This document shows, piece by piece, positions 39,188 to 49,178 of a DNA stretch of 64,000 nt. The translations under genes were made by a program, and so were the position numbers. The stretch spans positions 2,090,672 to 2,154,671 of the forward strand of contig OZ245894.1 in the NCBI GenBank assembly GCA_965229635.1. The letters are read 5' to 3'. The notes beneath the pieces are model-generated. The model worked only from the letters and a program-made list of their open reading frames with translations, did not search any database and had not been told where the DNA came from. Within the stretch, counting starts at the first letter, position 1; every line of letters begins with the position of its first letter. Source of the stretch: Saprospiraceae bacterium (GTDB taxonomy: Bacteria; Bacteroidota; Bacteroidia; Chitinophagales; Saprospiraceae).

Positions 39188-40240
39188 TCACCAAAAAACC
39201 GGATGAAGCCGAAGTTGCCCCTGCGTATTCAATTCCAGGGCCGGTGCGGGAATTTTGATCCAGTTGATGGATTTAAAGATCGTGCGTAATACCCGGCTCC
39301 TGGTCTTGATGCGGCTCAGGTCAATATCCAGCGAAAGGTAAAACTGGCGGTAGCGTGGAAAGGCCTCATTGTTTAAAACGAACTCCGCTCCATCGTCATT
39401 GGTCCAACGGTTTTCAAAGCCACCGTAGAGGTTTTGGGAACCGTAACCAATGGCCAGGTTGAGCCAATCGGGAAATCCGTCATTTCGCTTCCTAAAGGCG
39501 TTGATATTGATCGATGCCCAGACGGTCATGGCATTGTAGTCCTTTAAAAATCCTTCAATGTAAGTAGGGCCAAATAGCTGGCTGGCGCGTTGCCGTGGGG
39601 TAGTGGCAGCTTCTCCGTTAGTGGAGATAATCGGCTCGGTGGAGTAGGGGGCTTCCGCCAATGAGGATACTTTAAAACGAATGCGTTGTTCCTGCCACGC
39701 CAGCTCCTGAACGGCAAAACTGGCAGTCCCCAGAGCGTTGAAACCCACGTCACTCCAGGAAAAACCCCATTTGGCAGAATAGCCATCCATCACTTCCACG
39801 GTGCCTTGCAGCAAGGTGGAAATACCAACCGAGGTCCATAGTGCAGACCGGCGTTTCATCCCTGTCCAACGCAGAATATTAAAGGCAAAATCCGTTTCGA
39901 CATAGGCCGTGAGTAGGTGCCCGGCTTTATCCATTTGATTCCATTCCGCCAGATCATCAAAGGTGTGAAATCCGATCAGCTCGTATTGTTTGTACCAGGT
40001 GTGGTAAAGCCCGATCGAAGCCGCTGTATACGCCGTCGCTCCCGAGCCGATACTCAGCCAGAAGCGCGTCTTGTTGAGTGTATCACTGGGTTGCAGAATT
40101 TTCCACTTCAGGTCATCCTGTGCAGAAAGGCTACAACAAAAAATCAACAGCAAAATTGGTACTAAAGGAAGTCTCACAATAGCATGTTTGTGCAAAGGTA
40201 GTGTTTTTTGAAAGCCCCTCAACCGTCTCCTCTGTCTCAA
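39188..40240 (-). CDS. hypothetical secreted/outer-membrane protein (possibly DUF2279-like)
   Basis: signal peptide LPLVPILLLIFCCSLSAQ; first codons overlap a repeat element so the true start is uncertain. Confidence 0.4.
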   Translation of the reverse strand: MRQRRRLRGFQKTLPLHKHAIVRLPLVPILLLIFCCSLSAQDDLKWKILQPSDTLNKTRFWLSIGSGATAYTAASIGLYHTWYKQYELIGFHTFDDLAEWNQMDKAGHLLTAYVETDFAFNILRWTGMKRRSALWTSVGISTLLQGTVEVMDGYSAKWGFSWSDVGFNALGTASFAVQELAWQEQRIRFKVSSLAEAPYSTEPIISTNGEAATTPRQRASQLFGPTYIEGFLKDYNAMTVWASININAFRKRNDGFPDWLNLAIGYGSQNLYGGFENRWTNDDGAEFVLNNEAFPRYRQFYLSLDIDLSRIKTRSRVLRTIFKSINWIKIPAPALELNTQGQLRLHPVFW

Positions 40241-40445
40241 CCGGCTAAACCAAAGCAGAATTAGCTGAATGATGTAGGATTTAGGTTTTGGGCGTTAGGG
40301 TTTAGGTGGCAGTATAAACCTGATAAACTTCCATAAACCTAATAAACCAATAAGCTAGAGCAAGATTCCCAGAATCAAAGAATATGCAGGATAATCAGCT
40401 GCTCCCCTTCTCTAAACTTCTACACTCTAAACCCTACACTTCCCC
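40225..40445 (-). repeat. MITE-like repeat family A, copy 2 (inverted relative to copies 1 and 4)
   Basis: shares gctaattctgctttggtttag / cctaaaccctaacgcccaaaacctaa / gtttagagtgtagaag segments with 60224-60464. Confidence 0.65.
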
Positions 40446-42860
40446 CTACTTCACCGTCACCCGCAAGGCCCTCAGCCCCTGTACCCCCTGCAGTTTTTCC
40501 AGGGCCACATCTTCAATCTCATCGGTGATCATGTCTTCGTGGCGCAAGTAGTTGAGGTATTCCATGTACTCGCGCTGGTCCTTTTCATGCAGGTACACAA
40601 TAGCGATCTTACCCGATTGGGTCAGCCGTTCGGAAGTACCCTCAATGGTGGCTTTGTCGATGCGCTTTTTCAGAATTTCGTAGCGCACATTGTAGGCGCC
40701 ATCCACATCAAAAAGCTTCTCATCCATGCGGAAGCTAATCGCTAATGGTGAAGAATAGACAAACACCAATTGGGCCGTAGTCAGCGGTACCGGCAGCGTA
40801 GATTGTAAGTCTTTTACCTTTTGAGTAATTTCTACCATGTGCAACAACTGCCAAAGACGGAAGTTTTTCAGATGCAACTGGGTGAATTGCCCCCGCCGTA
40901 GGATAGACTGGCCAATGTACAAATCGTATTCGACCCCATCGGTTTTGTATTTTTCAAAATAATGGGGCAACACCTCCTGCGTTTCCTTTTCCTGCTCATC
41001 GAGCAAATGTGCAATCGTGTCCGCCACGATTTCTACACTTTCCTCGTAGTCTTTTCGCTTTTTGTAGATGATGCCGTACTCCGGGTTTAACTCGTTAAAA
41101 TACTGGTCAATCGTCATTTTATATTCCGGATATTCCTGACCCAGTTGCCGCAGCATCGGGTGAATTTCGTATTCCAAAACCTCCACAATCCTCGATTCAT
41201 CACTGCTATTGAATTCCTTATCCAGTCCGTTCAAATTGTGCTGTATGGTTACCATCATTTGTTTGGCCAACGGAAAGGTAACGGACTTGGTCACCTGCTT
41301 GAGGATAGCCAGTGCCTTCTCCAGATTTTCTTCCAGGTCGGCCTGGATCGCTTCGTTGCGCAGGTGTGAAGAACTGACAATATCGGCCTGACCGTACAGC
41401 GGGTATACATCATTAAAAATGATGGGCTCCTGAACTACTTTTTCGTCATTACCCATCTGCTCCATCAAGTCAAAGGCCGACTGGACAAACCTCCATTCTA
41501 CACTGGGGTGAATGGCCGTGTATTTTTCCCGGATCAGGGCTTCAATCTGATTGTCGATCTCCTCCCGACTCCGCTCCACGGCCATGCTGAACAGCCCAAT
41601 AATTTCCTTAAACTTCAATTCCACAAAGCTGTGCATCTCAAAGGGCTTCGGCGAAGCAATCTCCAGTAATCCGATCACCTTATTATTGTCCTTACTCAAC
41701 AATGGTGCTACAATAATACTTCGCAATCCCATGGCCAATAAGTCTCGCTCAATTGGCGTATGTGTTTTGAGGGCCTTAATATCCTCAACTAGTAGGATTT
41801 CTCGGTATTTACAAGCTTTTTCATAAATGGAATTCTCATTGTCAGGAGACAATAGACAATCCTGGACATCTGCCAGAAAGTCGAAGCGAATTTTGTAGCG
41901 GTGTGCCCCCTGATTTTCCTTGGGGTAGTCTATGGCGGTCAGCCCCAGGCGCAGATCTGGAACATTGAAATAAATGCGCATAAAAGACTGTAATTGATCC
42001 AGGTTCTCCCTCGATACCACGGCGTCTTTCTGCAACAACTGGTGCTTCATTCGCGAAAGCGACTCCTCATCGGTAATATCGATTAAGGTACCCAGGAAAA
42101 AACCGTGAAACTCAAATCGCTCGGGCTGGATGTATTTTAGCCATAGTTCCTTATCGTAAATATTACTGAGCAATTCATTGATTTTTTCCTGGCTCAGCGG
42201 CTTTAGAGGTTTGATGGCTTTGATATCAAGAAAATCGGTATTGAAGTTGGTTTTATAAAACTGGCGCATTCCGTTGGACTCATTGTCAAAGGTGAGCATT
42301 AGCGGATAGTCAACCGTAATATTCTGATTGTAAAATTTATTGAGAATCATGCAACAAGCCCGGATGATCATCGTGCAGTGCAGGTGATCATCGGCCGTGG
42401 TGGCTACGTAGCTAACTTTGTTTTCTGACCACAATTTCTTCAATGCTGGCGTCAGGTACAGCGGGGTCATGCCAAAAGGGGCACTGACCTTTGACAACTG
42501 AGTATTTCTCACTGCCGGTGAAATTACCATTAGCATCATCAGTTGCAGTAATTCCTTGTACTCTTCCAACAGCTTATGATCCTGGATGGGAGCCCGGAAT
42601 AGGGGCGCCTCCTCCAGCTTGTTTAGGATGGTTTCCGCCAAAAACTGCTCCGCAGGGTCACCCTCCTCCAGCTTTCGCTCGATCACCTCAATGAGTGGAG
42701 CAAAACTGAGATGTGACTTAAACGGAATAGCATCAACGCCCATCTTGTGAAACGTTTCCTCATTGAAGGAAGGACGGTTCATTGGCGATGCCTTCAATTC
42801 ATTTAATGGTTCTACGGTTCCAATAGCCATAATCGTAGATTTACAGGTGACAAAAGTCAT
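40446..42860 (-). CDS. large cytoplasmic GAF-domain-containing protein of unknown function
   Basis: GAF-like segment LLAMGLRSIIVAPLLSKDNNKVIGLLEIASPKPF; 804 aa. Confidence 0.5.
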   Translation of the reverse strand: MTFVTCKSTIMAIGTVEPLNELKASPMNRPSFNEETFHKMGVDAIPFKSHLSFAPLIEVIERKLEEGDPAEQFLAETILNKLEEAPLFRAPIQDHKLLEEYKELLQLMMLMVISPAVRNTQLSKVSAPFGMTPLYLTPALKKLWSENKVSYVATTADDHLHCTMIIRACCMILNKFYNQNITVDYPLMLTFDNESNGMRQFYKTNFNTDFLDIKAIKPLKPLSQEKINELLSNIYDKELWLKYIQPERFEFHGFFLGTLIDITDEESLSRMKHQLLQKDAVVSRENLDQLQSFMRIYFNVPDLRLGLTAIDYPKENQGAHRYKIRFDFLADVQDCLLSPDNENSIYEKACKYREILLVEDIKALKTHTPIERDLLAMGLRSIIVAPLLSKDNNKVIGLLEIASPKPFEMHSFVELKFKEIIGLFSMAVERSREEIDNQIEALIREKYTAIHPSVEWRFVQSAFDLMEQMGNDEKVVQEPIIFNDVYPLYGQADIVSSSHLRNEAIQADLEENLEKALAILKQVTKSVTFPLAKQMMVTIQHNLNGLDKEFNSSDESRIVEVLEYEIHPMLRQLGQEYPEYKMTIDQYFNELNPEYGIIYKKRKDYEESVEIVADTIAHLLDEQEKETQEVLPHYFEKYKTDGVEYDLYIGQSILRRGQFTQLHLKNFRLWQLLHMVEITQKVKDLQSTLPVPLTTAQLVFVYSSPLAISFRMDEKLFDVDGAYNVRYEILKKRIDKATIEGTSERLTQSGKIAIVYLHEKDQREYMEYLNYLRHEDMITDEIEDVALEKLQGVQGLRALRVTVK

Positions 42861-42924
42861 TGTTTTCTACCTAAACAAAAGAAAGGCCATTTAAGATCAA
42901 TTCTTCTAATAAATTAGCTGATAA

Positions 42925-43953
42925 TTAGAGGATTGGAAGGTAATCGGAGGCAGTATTTCTTTGTTTTGACTTCATAAACTGGCGGGCCGTGGCGGCGATG
43001 GTGTCATCGACGGGGGTGTAGGTCAGGTCGAGGAGTTGTCTTGACTTTTGATTACTAAATTCAAAATGTCCTCCCGCCAGCATCACCGATTCGCGGGTGA
43101 TCAATGGTCGGTATCCGGTGATGTAACTGCGTACCCATTCCATGCGCCACAGAATTTGTTGCAACCAAACAGGCAAATAGCGCGAAGGTGGCCGGCATTG
43201 CAGAGCCTGGGCAATGGTTTCCATAATATCCCGGAATGCCCGGTTTTCGCCGTTGATGATAAACCTTTCGTTTTCAATATCTTTTTCCATCAGACTCACC
43301 ATACTGCGTGCTACATCGCGTACATCTACAAAGCCCGATTGGCCAAGCGGGTAAAACGGAAAGGACTTCCAGATGAGCCCAAACATTTGCAGCGGTCCAC
43401 TATCCCAGGGGCCACTGCCTAAAATAACGGAAGGATTGACGATGCCCACCGTTAACCCTTCGGCCATACCTCGCCACACTTCCTGCTCGGCCTGGTACTT
43501 GCTGATGGCGTAGTGGGTGTTAAACTCGGTGCGTTGCCACTTGGTTTTTTCCGTCACTATCGGCTCTTTTTCATTTCTTCCGATGGCGGCAATTGAACTG
43601 ACGTGCACCAGTTTTTGTATGCCGTGATGCAAGCAGAGGTCGACAATATTGGCAGTCCCCTCCTGATTGACGCGGTACATCATTTCCCGATCTCTGGGGT
43701 CAAAGGAAACCATCGCAGCACAGTGAAACACCCGCTCAATACCTTCCATGGCTTCGTCCAGATCTGCTAAGTCCAGGATATCTGCGGTGATCCATTCAAT
43801 TTGGTCTTTTACTTCCGCCACCATCTCCCAGGAACTATTGGGGCGGCGCAACGCATGGATATTGGTGTACCCGTTTCTAACGAGGTAACGCAAGAGGTAA
43901 GAACCTAAAAAACCGGTTCCTCCGGTCACAAAAATGGGCTGTTCCTTTATCAA
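42925..43953 (-). CDS. NAD-dependent epimerase/dehydratase (SDR superfamily)
   Basis: FVTGGTGFLGSYL Rossmann motif, ~340 aa. Confidence 0.8.
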   Translation of the reverse strand: MIKEQPIFVTGGTGFLGSYLLRYLVRNGYTNIHALRRPNSSWEMVAEVKDQIEWITADILDLADLDEAMEGIERVFHCAAMVSFDPRDREMMYRVNQEGTANIVDLCLHHGIQKLVHVSSIAAIGRNEKEPIVTEKTKWQRTEFNTHYAISKYQAEQEVWRGMAEGLTVGIVNPSVILGSGPWDSGPLQMFGLIWKSFPFYPLGQSGFVDVRDVARSMVSLMEKDIENERFIINGENRAFRDIMETIAQALQCRPPSRYLPVWLQQILWRMEWVRSYITGYRPLITRESVMLAGGHFEFSNQKSRQLLDLTYTPVDDTIAATARQFMKSKQRNTASDYLPIL

Positions 43954-43954
43954 A

Positions 43955-45091
43955 TTAGTTGTTGGTTAATGGCTTTGCAAAATGTCGGCTTCCGCCAATA
44001 GTATCGCGACTGGCCCCGGTAACAGACGCTCGGCAATTTGTTCTTCCACTCAGGTGCAGTGCTCCCATCAGGGCCATTAGTGCTGCTTCCTTGTAGTTGA
44101 TGATTTCCGGTGCCGGTACAATTAGTTCAATTGGTTGCAGCCTTGCACAGGCTTCTTCAATACATTCGAGCAAAAAATGATTGAAGGTTCCTCCTCCGGT
44201 CACCATCACTTTGGGCCTGGATGTGTGGAAACGACCTTTCACCACCGTATCATTGACGGCTCTCGCGATCTGTCCGGCCAATTGTCGACAGGCCGTATGT
44301 AGCTTATCCTCCGGTCGGCCTTCCACTTTCGTGAAAAGCGGCCATTGTACTTCCCGCACCCAGTCATTGCCCAGTGATTTGGGGAAGGGCCTGGCAAAGT
44401 AGGGAAGCGCATCGACTGCTGCCAACAAGTCTGGCAGCAATTGCCCCTTTCGAGCCAGGGCTCCGCCTTCGTCATAAGCCAAACCCAGGGGTTCAACAAT
44501 GGCATTCAGGATTTGGTTGGCGCCGCCAATATCAAAGGCCAGGTAGCCCGATGACGTTTGGGCACTTAGATTGGCAATGCCGCCCAGATTCAGGCAAAGG
44601 TCAAAAGCTCCAAATAAATATTCATCAGCAATTGGAGCCAGCGGTGCGCCCTGACCCCCTAGCGCAATGTCTTGTGCCCGAAAATTGTTGATGGTGGTTA
44701 TTCCCGTAAGGGCAGCAATACCAGCCCCACAGCCGATTTGGGTGGTAAATCCCTGGTCGGGGTAGTGGAATACGGTGTGCCCATGCGAGGCGATACAATC
44801 CGGAGTGAGGTTGTTTGCCTGAATGAATTCTTGGAGTTGTTGCCCCAGAAAAACGCCGAAATCTGCGTCCGTTTTAGCAAGTTGCCAACCGTCCAGGTTG
44901 GGCGCTTCCCGCAATCTTGACATCCAATCATCTGAAAAAGGCACCATCGCCGCGGCTGTAATCTCCCAGCTTTGTAGCCAGGCCTGTGGTGTCCTCGCGT
45001 CTTGATCAACCCGAAAGACCACACAGGCCAGGTCGAGGCCATCCAGTGAACTTCCCGACATCAGTCCAACCGAAGTAATCGGTGTGCTCAT
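43955..45091 (-). CDS. anmK: anhydro-N-acetylmuramic acid kinase
   Basis: N-terminus VGLMSGSSLDGLDLACV and overall ~378 aa match to AnmK family. Confidence 0.85.
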   Translation of the reverse strand: MSTPITSVGLMSGSSLDGLDLACVVFRVDQDARTPQAWLQSWEITAAAMVPFSDDWMSRLREAPNLDGWQLAKTDADFGVFLGQQLQEFIQANNLTPDCIASHGHTVFHYPDQGFTTQIGCGAGIAALTGITTINNFRAQDIALGGQGAPLAPIADEYLFGAFDLCLNLGGIANLSAQTSSGYLAFDIGGANQILNAIVEPLGLAYDEGGALARKGQLLPDLLAAVDALPYFARPFPKSLGNDWVREVQWPLFTKVEGRPEDKLHTACRQLAGQIARAVNDTVVKGRFHTSRPKVMVTGGGTFNHFLLECIEEACARLQPIELIVPAPEIINYKEAALMALMGALHLSGRTNCRASVTGASRDTIGGSRHFAKPLTNN

Positions 45092-45098
45092 GGCCGGA

Positions 45099-45458
45099 TT
45101 ATTTCTTAAGCTCCTGAGTGTACTCAGCTACTGCCTTGATTTCTGCTTCAGAAAGTAGGTCCTTAAACGGTGTCATGGCGTTGCGGCCATTGGTGATGAC
45201 CGTCACTTTTTCTTCTACCGACAACGTAGAGGTGGTCAGATTGAAAGCCCCACTGGCTCCCATATCGCCGTAGAGGCCATGACAGGCAATACAATATTGC
45301 TTGTAAATCTTTTTGCCATCGGGGGCATCGGCAGCGGCTACACTCGTGGATTCAGCACTGCTGCTGCTTGAACTACTGCTTTCTGTTTTGTCTGAGCTGG
45401 CATCACCGCAGGCCCAAACCATTCCGATAATCAAAGCGAAGAAAAGAAGTTGTCTCAT
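45099..45458 (-). CDS. small c-type cytochrome, lipoprotein with Ser-rich linker
   Basis: CIACHG haem motif, signal peptide with Cys. Confidence 0.75.
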   Translation of the reverse strand: MRQLLFFALIIGMVWACGDASSDKTESSSSSSSSAESTSVAAADAPDGKKIYKQYCIACHGLYGDMGASGAFNLTTSTLSVEEKVTVITNGRNAMTPFKDLLSEAEIKAVAEYTQELKK

Positions 45459-45677
45459 TGGGAATTCATTTTTAGTACTTACGAAGTAATTGCAAAGTAA
45501 AACAATTACTGCTTATATTTATAGCTAATTGACCATTGCCGGGTACCTGGTACGCCGCTTTATTTGATAAATTGAGTGCTAAAAGCCCGCTTTGTCGCTG
45601 TAAATTGGGAATTAATCTAATAATCCCAACCAAAGGCCATAGCAGGTGTTGCAATTATAAACCTAAAAAGAATTCTA

Positions 45678-46520
45678 ATGAGTGAATCTAGAAATCGAGG
45701 TAATCGACAGGGAAAGTTGGTCACCTCGGGTATTATTGCTTTTGTTGTTTTACTGTTGGTCATCATCTTTTCCAATGCTACTTTCATGACCATTGACGCC
45801 GGTTTTCGCGGGGTACTCTTTCGCACCTTTGCCGGAGGACTGGATAAAGAAAATATTTATACCCCCGGTTTTCATGTCATTGCCCCCTGGAATACCATGC
45901 ACCTTTATGATGTAAGGGAAAAACAGATTGAGGAATCAATGATGATTCTTTCCAGTAATGGTTTGAATATTCAGGTAGATGTGACGGTAAGGGTCAATCC
46001 TCAATATCAAAAAATTGGTGATTTGCATGAGAAATTTGGCCAGGGATATATCAAATCGCTGGTGAGTCCGGAGGTGCGTTCTTCGGTGCGAAAGATCATT
46101 GGCCGATTCCAGCCGGAGGAGCTATATTCTACCCGTCGTGATGAGGTACAGGAGCTGATCCAGAAGGATATGGAGGAAAACCTCAAAGCCAACTATGTTG
46201 AATTGCGGGCAGTGTTGATTCGGGATATTCAATTGCCCGATAAGGTGCGTGATGCTATTGAAGCCAAGATCGAAGCGGAGCAGTCGGCTCTGAAGTACGA
46301 ATTTATCCTGGCTCAGGAACGCAAGGAGGCCGAAAGGAAGGTGATTGAGGCTCAGGCAAAAGCGGATGCCAACCAGATTTTGAATGCTTCTCTGACAGAT
46401 AAAATCCTGAAAGACAAAGGTATTGAGGCAACGCTGCAACTCGCCAACTCCCCCAACTCAAAAGTGGTGGTGGTAGGTGGTGGTGACGCCGGATTACCGT
46501 TGATTCTGGGAGGACAATAG
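45678..46520 (+). CDS. SPFH/band-7 (prohibitin/HflC-like) membrane protein
   Basis: N-terminal TM, SPFH domain, coiled coil (AIEAKIEAEQSALKYEFILAQERKEAERKVIEAQAKADANQI). Confidence 0.8.
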   Translation: MSESRNRGNRQGKLVTSGIIAFVVLLLVIIFSNATFMTIDAGFRGVLFRTFAGGLDKENIYTPGFHVIAPWNTMHLYDVREKQIEESMMILSSNGLNIQVDVTVRVNPQYQKIGDLHEKFGQGYIKSLVSPEVRSSVRKIIGRFQPEELYSTRRDEVQELIQKDMEENLKANYVELRAVLIRDIQLPDKVRDAIEAKIEAEQSALKYEFILAQERKEAERKVIEAQAKADANQILNASLTDKILKDKGIEATLQLANSPNSKVVVVGGGDAGLPLILGGQ

Positions 46521-46528
46521 GTGGTTGT

Positions 46529-47686
46529 CTAGACCGGACCGGATACGCTATAGGCTATACCAAAAATGATAACGGTAATGATGATGCCAATCATAAAGAT
46601 GTTGTAGCAAATGCGTAACTGGTTGTATTTCTTACCCAGCGAAAGCCCCAGGAAAAAGAGATCTCGCATGATCGAACTTTCCAGGTTTTTTTCATCATCA
46701 ATGATGATCTGCATGCCTTTCTGGTAAGTCTTATAATCCATCTTATAAAAGTTGCCGAAGAAGAATAAATTGGATTCTCTGGATTTGATTTTTTCTTCTT
46801 CGGTATATCCTGTCATTTTTATTGGCCGCGTAGCCAGGGTGGCAAAAATCATCGATCCAAGGCAGGAAAGCAAGAGGCTGATGGTAGGCACCAGCAGATA
46901 AGGATTAGTGCGTACATAAGAGGCGGCCATTGGCATAGCAATGGTGATGATCAGCGCATTGACACTCAACATGATGTTGGCTTTGTTATCTGCCAGATTG
47001 CTCAAATCGAGGTGATTCCGCAAAGCCGTTTTAAACATCATCTGAGCACTCTTGCTATTGGCAATGGCACTCTCCAGGCTTTTTGAACGAGCCTTTTTCT
47101 CCTTCTTGGCCATTTTTTTGAGCTGCTTCTGGTTGGCCTGACTTTGTTTGCCGTACAAAAACTCGGCAGCATCCGTATAGTAGTTGTGTTTCTTGACAAA
47201 TTTATGGTTGAGCTTATACCATTGGGCATCGGAGTGGTTTTCTCCCAGAAAGTGCTCCCATTCATAACGCAAATCTGCCAGGTGCGCAAAATAATCTTCT
47301 CGTCCCAAATTGCTCAGGTCAGCATCCTTCATGGCTTTATCCAGCATAGTTTGCGGCATCTGGTCCTTTTGTGTGATGCCAATCAGGTGCAGGACTTGTG
47401 CAGTTTTATCTTCGGGATATTGGTGCCCGTTCAGAAAGGTCTCTGCATATTGTTGGCTGACCGCTTCGTGGCCCTCATAAGTTTCCACAAAACCAGAGTC
47501 ATGAAAAAGTGCCGCCAGCGCCAGCACTTCCAACTGTTCCTGGTTGAAATCAAGTGCTTTACCGATGTCCTGACTGGCTTCGGTAACGGCAAGGGTGTGG
47601 GTCAGGTTATGGTATTTGACGTGTTCGTCCAGTTTTTCGCTTAAAAGCTTTTCGATGTGCTCTTTTGCTGCCTTAATGATATCCAT
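46529..47686 (-). CDS. HD-domain phosphohydrolase fused to a C-terminal 3-TM domain (resembles Pycsar-effector/DUF5706-type TM module)
   Basis: HD motifs (HNLTHTLAV, LFHDSG), C-terminal hydrophobic helices. Confidence 0.65.
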   Translation of the reverse strand: MDIIKAAKEHIEKLLSEKLDEHVKYHNLTHTLAVTEASQDIGKALDFNQEQLEVLALAALFHDSGFVETYEGHEAVSQQYAETFLNGHQYPEDKTAQVLHLIGITQKDQMPQTMLDKAMKDADLSNLGREDYFAHLADLRYEWEHFLGENHSDAQWYKLNHKFVKKHNYYTDAAEFLYGKQSQANQKQLKKMAKKEKKARSKSLESAIANSKSAQMMFKTALRNHLDLSNLADNKANIMLSVNALIITIAMPMAASYVRTNPYLLVPTISLLLSCLGSMIFATLATRPIKMTGYTEEEKIKSRESNLFFFGNFYKMDYKTYQKGMQIIIDDEKNLESSIMRDLFFLGLSLGKKYNQLRICYNIFMIGIIITVIIFGIAYSVSGPV

Positions 47687-47784
47687 ACAAATGATTTGCT
47701 CCTAAAATTTCTAAACCATTTCCCGCCCAAGATAGTTGATTATGTCGGAGCCTGAAAATTCTTTCTTCAAACAAAAAGACAATT

Positions 47785-48627
47785 GTGATCATTCGTTTGT
47801 TTGGCCTGGTCATTATTTATTGCCTGATTGCCCAAAATATTTGCGCTCAATCTCCTTTCAATGATAGCCTGCCGGACCCGTATCAGGTCAATCCGCTCAT
47901 TAGTCTTCCCTTGGCCGTTGGAGGCCTGTTGGTACAACCTTTGGGCGTGAGAAATAACCAAAAAAAGCCAGGTATTCCCAATGAAACACTGGAGGCACTG
48001 AAAAGGTCAGATGTCAATTTTGTTGATCGCCTGGCACTTCGTCAAGACATCTCAACCCGGAAGCAAGCAGGCAAATTTTCGGATATCGGGCTGATCTTCG
48101 GTGCAGCCTCACCACTTTTACTATTCCTCGATCGCAAAAGCCGGCGCAATTGGATTGATTTTACCATAATGCACCTCGAAGCGCAGGCTATTGCCGGAAA
48201 TTTGCAGAGCTGGGGTCCTTTTGGTCCAAACTTGATTGACCGCTATCGCCCCATTGTCTATTATGATAATGCACCCATTGAGGAGCGCAATTTTGGTGCT
48301 TTACGCAATTCGTTCTACAGCGGGCATACTTCGGTGGCGGCGGCAGGGGCTTTCCTGACGGCGCAGGTTTACCTGGATCATCACCCGGAACTGGAGGGAA
48401 AGCGCTGGATGATTTATGCGTTGGCTACGGTTCCAACTGTTTGGGTAGGTCTCAACCGGGTGAGGGCGCTTCGACACTTTCCTACTGATTGTCTGGTAGG
48501 AGGAGTGGTAGGAGCCGCTACGGGGATCATGGTGCCCTGGTTGCACCGAAAATTAAAGGGTAGGATGAGCCTTTCATTACTCTACGAAGAGGAGATCAAA
48601 GGCATGGGCATGATCCTGCGGTTTTAG
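47785..48627 (+). CDS. PAP2-family phosphatase (acid phosphatase/haloperoxidase superfamily)
   Basis: motifs SGHTSVAAAGAF and RVRALRHFPTDCLVGGVVG, signal peptide. Confidence 0.8.
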   Translation: MIIRLFGLVIIYCLIAQNICAQSPFNDSLPDPYQVNPLISLPLAVGGLLVQPLGVRNNQKKPGIPNETLEALKRSDVNFVDRLALRQDISTRKQAGKFSDIGLIFGAASPLLLFLDRKSRRNWIDFTIMHLEAQAIAGNLQSWGPFGPNLIDRYRPIVYYDNAPIEERNFGALRNSFYSGHTSVAAAGAFLTAQVYLDHHPELEGKRWMIYALATVPTVWVGLNRVRALRHFPTDCLVGGVVGAATGIMVPWLHRKLKGRMSLSLLYEEEIKGMGMILRF

Positions 48628-48726
48628 CAGGTGGGTTGGTCCATAAATTTAGCCTTTAGGTAGAATAAAAACGTGCTAAACCGGGGCAGAGAATTATCTT
48701 TGTATAGAAACCAAAAACAAATCACA

Positions 48727-49053
48727 ATGGCCACAAAATTGAAAATGACCGGCTTTGCCCGCTTTTTTATAGTGATGCTTTTTCTAGTGCCCGCTGCCTA
48801 TATTGGTGCATCTTATTACAACGGAGAAGATGGTATTAAAAATATAAAGGAACTGCTGGGCCTGGATAAAAAATCAGAACAGGAAACCACCACCACGATT
48901 CAGGCAGATCAGCAACAACCTCAGCCCACTGCCACTGATAATGCCAATATTCAAGACCTGAAGCAGCAAATTCAGGACCTGAAATTGGAGAATGACAGGT
49001 TGAAAGCTACCATCCGTAACCGAGATCGCGAGATTCAAGAGCTGAAAAAGTAA
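48727..49053 (+). CDS. small membrane-anchored coiled-coil protein, hypothetical
   Basis: TM helix then Q-rich linker and coiled coil; start at internal Met. Confidence 0.35.
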   Translation: MATKLKMTGFARFFIVMLFLVPAAYIGASYYNGEDGIKNIKELLGLDKKSEQETTTTIQADQQQPQPTATDNANIQDLKQQIQDLKLENDRLKATIRNRDREIQELKK

Positions 49054-49178
49054 TTAAAATAAGCAAAGGCTATTGTTATAGTTCCATCTTCTTTTGCTAT
49101 AATTAAGGAATTATCCGTAATCTTACCCTGTTCTGTGTTCAAGACAGTGATGTGAAATTATCGGTGAATCTAAAAGCT

